Assembly: GCA_016777585.1 (NCBI GenBank)
Contig: JADHRD010000002.1
Coordinates: 669-64,668, forward strand
Source of the DNA: Rhodospirillales bacterium
Lineage (GTDB): Bacteria > Pseudomonadota > Alphaproteobacteria > Rhodospirillales > UBA2165
Direction: 5' to 3'
DNA length: 64,000 nucleotides
In this document: positions 61,130 to 64,000 of the stretch, piece by piece
Numbering within the stretch: the first letter of the stretch is position 1
How the letters are laid out: each line of letters begins with the position of its first letter
Position numbers and translations under genes: made by a program
The notes under the pieces: generated by a model
What the model was told of the DNA's origin: nothing
Seen by the model: only the letters and a program-made list of their open reading frames with translations
Databases searched by the model: none

Positions 61130-61762
61130 CTATCTGCTAATGTAAGAACGCTCATTTTCTTCCTTAAAAAAACCTGATAATCTCTTGATCTCAAGTAAAA
61201 GGTTCGTAGTGAATGAACCAGAACTAATAACAGCGTATACAATTTTATCTCTATCAAAAATTCTACCTAACTCCGAGCTACTAAAACAAAACACAAACTT
61301 TGCATCCGGGGGGATATTTGTCTTCTCTTTAGAGCGAGACCTCCTACTATCGCTAGCCACAATGATTATACCAGCGTCTTTAGAAGACAAAAATAACCCT
61401 ACCTTAGCATAGCCACCCACCATCTGTCCTGCTCGCCTCGCCATTCCCATTAACTCGTGGCACCGTTTTCTCAATAAGCCCTCAATCAAGTCAGCCATAT
61501 CAATAGGAACACTTACTTTATCTTTTAACACATTTGTAAAAATGCCCTTATCACAAGCGGCAGTTACAATATCTTTTTTTGCCTTCAACCATAAACCACG
61601 ACCAGGGAGACGTCCAGCAACGTCTGGCACAACAAACTTGTTTGGCCCTACCACGAACCTTATTAAGTCTGATTTATAACATAGTTCTTTCGTCAGAATA
61701 CATTTTCTCATGTTTTTATCACTGCGTGCGCTTTTTAACAGAACAACCTCTCTACCAAACAC
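61130..61762 (-). CDS. YlxR-like (DUF448) RNA-binding protein fused to an L7Ae-like domain
   Basis: RKCILTKELCYKSDLIRFVVGP ... GRGLWL, then an ARRAGQMVGG L7Ae-like region. It lies between nusA and infB. The start may be the internal Met at 61711. Confidence 0.75.
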   Translation of the reverse strand: MFGREVVLLKSARSDKNMRKCILTKELCYKSDLIRFVVGPNKFVVPDVAGRLPGRGLWLKAKKDIVTAACDKGIFTNVLKDKVSVPIDMADLIEGLLRKRCHELMGMARRAGQMVGGYAKVGLFLSSKDAGIIIVASDSRRSRSKEKTNIPPDAKFVFCFSSSELGRIFDRDKIVYAVISSGSFTTNLLLEIKRLSGFFKEENERSYISR

Positions 61763-61811
61763 GTATAAACAATAACCGCTTATATTTTTTTGTCTAATTT
61801 CTTAAATATTA

Positions 61812-63362
61812 CTAATTCTCTTTTTTATCACCTTCTGTTTCTTCGTCCTCAAACCAATGCGCTCGAGCCAACATTATGATTTTATCAGCAACATCTTCCG
61901 ACAAATTACTTTTACCGATAATATCAATTAACTCGTCGTTCGCTAAATCAGCTAAATCATCTAAGGTTTTAATCTCATTTTCGCCAAGAGCCACAAGCAT
62001 CTCGCCATTTAAACCATCAATTTCAGCTATCTCATCACTTACACCAGCTTTCTTACGAATGTCTGACAACTCTGTTTCTCGTTGTTCGAGATGCTGGCGA
62101 GCCCTATCCCTCAACTCCGCTGCCACATCTTCATCAAACCCTTCGATCGCTGATAATTCCTCTATGGGAACAAACGCAGCCTCCTCAATTGTTGAAAAGC
62201 CTTCAGTTACGAGTAGTTGGGCTATAACTTCGTCAACATCTAAGCCATCGATAAACAATTGTGATCGCGACTTAAACTCTTCACCCCTGCGATCAGACTC
62301 CTCAGCCTCGGTTAAAATATCTATATCCCAATTTGTCAGTTGCGAAGCCAATCGAACATTTTGACCACGGCGACCTATCGCAAGACTCAATTGCTCATCG
62401 GGGACAACAACCTCAATTCTATTTTGTTCCTCATCAAGAACAACTTTGGTAACTTCTGCAGGCGCTAACGCATTCACAATAAAGGTGGCAGGTTCGTCTG
62501 ACCATGAAATAATATCAATTTTTTCACCCTGCAACTCAGCAACAACTGATTGCACACGAGAACCTCGCATCCCAACACACGCCCCAACAGGGTCAATCGT
62601 AGTATCATTTGAAATAACAGCGATTTTAGCACGACTACCTGAATCTCTTGATACGGAACGAATTTCAATAACACCATCATAAATTTCCGGAACTTCCTGA
62701 GTAAAAAGTTTTGCCATAAACTGTGGGTGACTCCTCGAGAGAAAAATTTGTGGCCCCCTTAATTCTTCTCTAACGTCAAAAATATAAGATCTCACTCTAT
62801 CTCCATTATTGAAGTGTTCACGAGGAATACACTCGTCCCGACGAATTATACCCTCTGCTCGACCACCCAAATCGACTATAACATTACCGAACTCTACTCT
62901 TTTAACGACACCATTTACAATTTCACCAATACGGTCTTTAAATTCAGCAAATTGTCGTTTGCGCTCGGCCTCTCGAACCTTTTGCACTATAACTTGTTTA
63001 GCCGTCTGCGCAGCAATTCTTCCAAAATCAATGGGAGGAAGCGTATCAATAAGAAATTCACCAACCTTTGCATCAACTCTCTTTGCTTGCGCCTTGATAA
63101 AAGAGATTTCTGTGATCTCATTTTCTACTTCTTCAACAATTTCAATATATCTTGCCAACTTTATCTCACCTGATTTACGATCGATTTCAGCACGAATATC
63201 ATGTTCTTGACCATATTTAGAACGCCCAGCTTTCTGGATCGCCTGCTCCATGGCTTCAAGCACCACTTCCCTTTCTATACTCTTCTCCCGAGCTACAGTA
63301 TCTGCAACCAACAACAATTCTGGGTGCGCATTTATAACACTTGTTTCTATATTATCGCTCAT
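61812..63362 (-). CDS. nusA: transcription termination/antitermination factor NusA
   Basis: N-terminal domain, S1 (GEIVNGVVKRV), two KH domains (DPVGACVGMRGSRV, AIGRRGQNVRLA), and an acidic C-terminal repeat region. Confidence 0.97.
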   Translation of the reverse strand: MSDNIETSVINAHPELLLVADTVAREKSIEREVVLEAMEQAIQKAGRSKYGQEHDIRAEIDRKSGEIKLARYIEIVEEVENEITEISFIKAQAKRVDAKVGEFLIDTLPPIDFGRIAAQTAKQVIVQKVREAERKRQFAEFKDRIGEIVNGVVKRVEFGNVIVDLGGRAEGIIRRDECIPREHFNNGDRVRSYIFDVREELRGPQIFLSRSHPQFMAKLFTQEVPEIYDGVIEIRSVSRDSGSRAKIAVISNDTTIDPVGACVGMRGSRVQSVVAELQGEKIDIISWSDEPATFIVNALAPAEVTKVVLDEEQNRIEVVVPDEQLSLAIGRRGQNVRLASQLTNWDIDILTEAEESDRRGEEFKSRSQLFIDGLDVDEVIAQLLVTEGFSTIEEAAFVPIEELSAIEGFDEDVAAELRDRARQHLEQRETELSDIRKKAGVSDEIAEIDGLNGEMLVALGENEIKTLDDLADLANDELIDIIGKSNLSEDVADKIIMLARAHWFEDEETEGDKKEN

Positions 63363-63394
63363 AACTCTCAGACCTATTTCATTTAAATTTTGAT

Positions 63395-63868
63395 TTATAC
63401 ATCAAGTAATTCTTGAGTAAGTATTAATTTTGCCCGAAAAATATCGTCATAAGGTAGCTTATATGCAACATTCTCGACTAAAATTTTTACCATGTTGTTC
63501 TCCAAACCCATCAGTTTGCCTTTAAATCTTTTTCGACCATCAACCATGGTGCTCATCTCAATTCGAACATCAAATCCTGAATAATTATCGAAGTCCGCGG
63601 CACTGATTAACGGACGATCTATTCCAGGAGAACTCACTTCTAAAAAATATTCATCAACTATTGGACAGTCAATATCTAAAACAGGACTGACTGTTCTCGA
63701 GACAATTTCACAATCTTCAACTGTAATCTCACTTTGATCATTTCTATCTATCATAATTTGAAGGGTTAAGTTATTTTCTCGTAAAACCTTCACCCTCATA
63801 AGTCTATAACCTAAGTTTTGAACCTCAGGCAGTAAAATGTTCTCTATTATTTTTTCTTCAGTCTTCAT
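63395..63868 (-). CDS. rimP: ribosome maturation factor RimP
   Basis: LEVSSPGIDRPL motif. It lies directly upstream of nusA. Confidence 0.9.
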   Translation of the reverse strand: MKTEEKIIENILLPEVQNLGYRLMRVKVLRENNLTLQIMIDRNDQSEITVEDCEIVSRTVSPVLDIDCPIVDEYFLEVSSPGIDRPLISAADFDNYSGFDVRIEMSTMVDGRKRFKGKLMGLENNMVKILVENVAYKLPYDDIFRAKLILTQELLDV

Positions 63869-63887
63869 ATTATTTTAATTTCACAAT

Positions 63888-63911
63888 AAAAAAGTGGGCC
63901 ATTTAGCCCAC
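63888..63911 (-). terminator. Rho-independent terminator of the gene upstream of rimP (outside the window)
   Basis: On the minus strand, GTGGGC-taaatg-GCCCAC is followed by TTTTTT (plus-strand a-run 63888..63893). Confidence 0.5.
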
Positions 63912-64000
63912 CACAAACAATCCTAACTACTTGTCTATTTTTATTTTGACTTTAAATTAACTAAATACAAGCTTTTTATCAAAAACTAAATATAATTCTT

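Overview
AT-rich chromosomal segment with alphaproteobacterial gene-order hallmarks: rpsT-dnaA-dnaN-recF-gyrB, irr-fabI-fabB-fabA, rimP-nusA-ylxR/L7Ae-infB-rbfA-truB-rpsO-pnp, plus DUF3126, a long-form Dcd and a DUF1058 SH3 protein. Roughly 7-28 kb looks accessory and metabolic. It holds a TctCBA tripartite tricarboxylate transporter with a CoA-transferase, a crotonase and methylmalonyl-CoA epimerase. These are followed by oxidoreductases, a TauD dioxygenase, an amidohydrolase, an alpha/beta hydrolase, two aldolase-type genes and a thiol/GST group. The rest (28-64 kb) is core housekeeping. I found one RNA gene, RNase P RNA at about 6510..6898. I saw no tRNA, rRNA, CRISPR array, transposase, integrase or phage gene. 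The most notable observation is that two ORF-track models are cut by an in-frame TGA exactly where a thiol-redox family carries its catalytic Cys. One is an AhpD/CMD-like gene (GCNY-TGA-ISH, TGA 18873..18875). The other is a GST (FKT-TGA-PWVQR, TGA 25974..25976, minus strand). In both, the frame stays open and family-like across the TGA, a Shine-Dalgarno serves the long form, and a hairpin follows the TGA. I interpret both as probable selenocysteine proteins. TGA is a normal stop elsewhere (cysK, moeB), and no sel genes lie in this window. Secondary observations are an HD-GAF phosphohydrolase with an adjacent degenerate HD paralog, and a cluster-less Rrf2 regulator abutting cysK-moeB. Others are a rubrerythrin/(Fe-S)/DUF3501 trio next to irr, a long rpsO-pnp leader hairpin, and long AT-rich dnaA flanks without canonical DnaA boxes. 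All calls come from reading the translations and sequence by eye; no searches were run.
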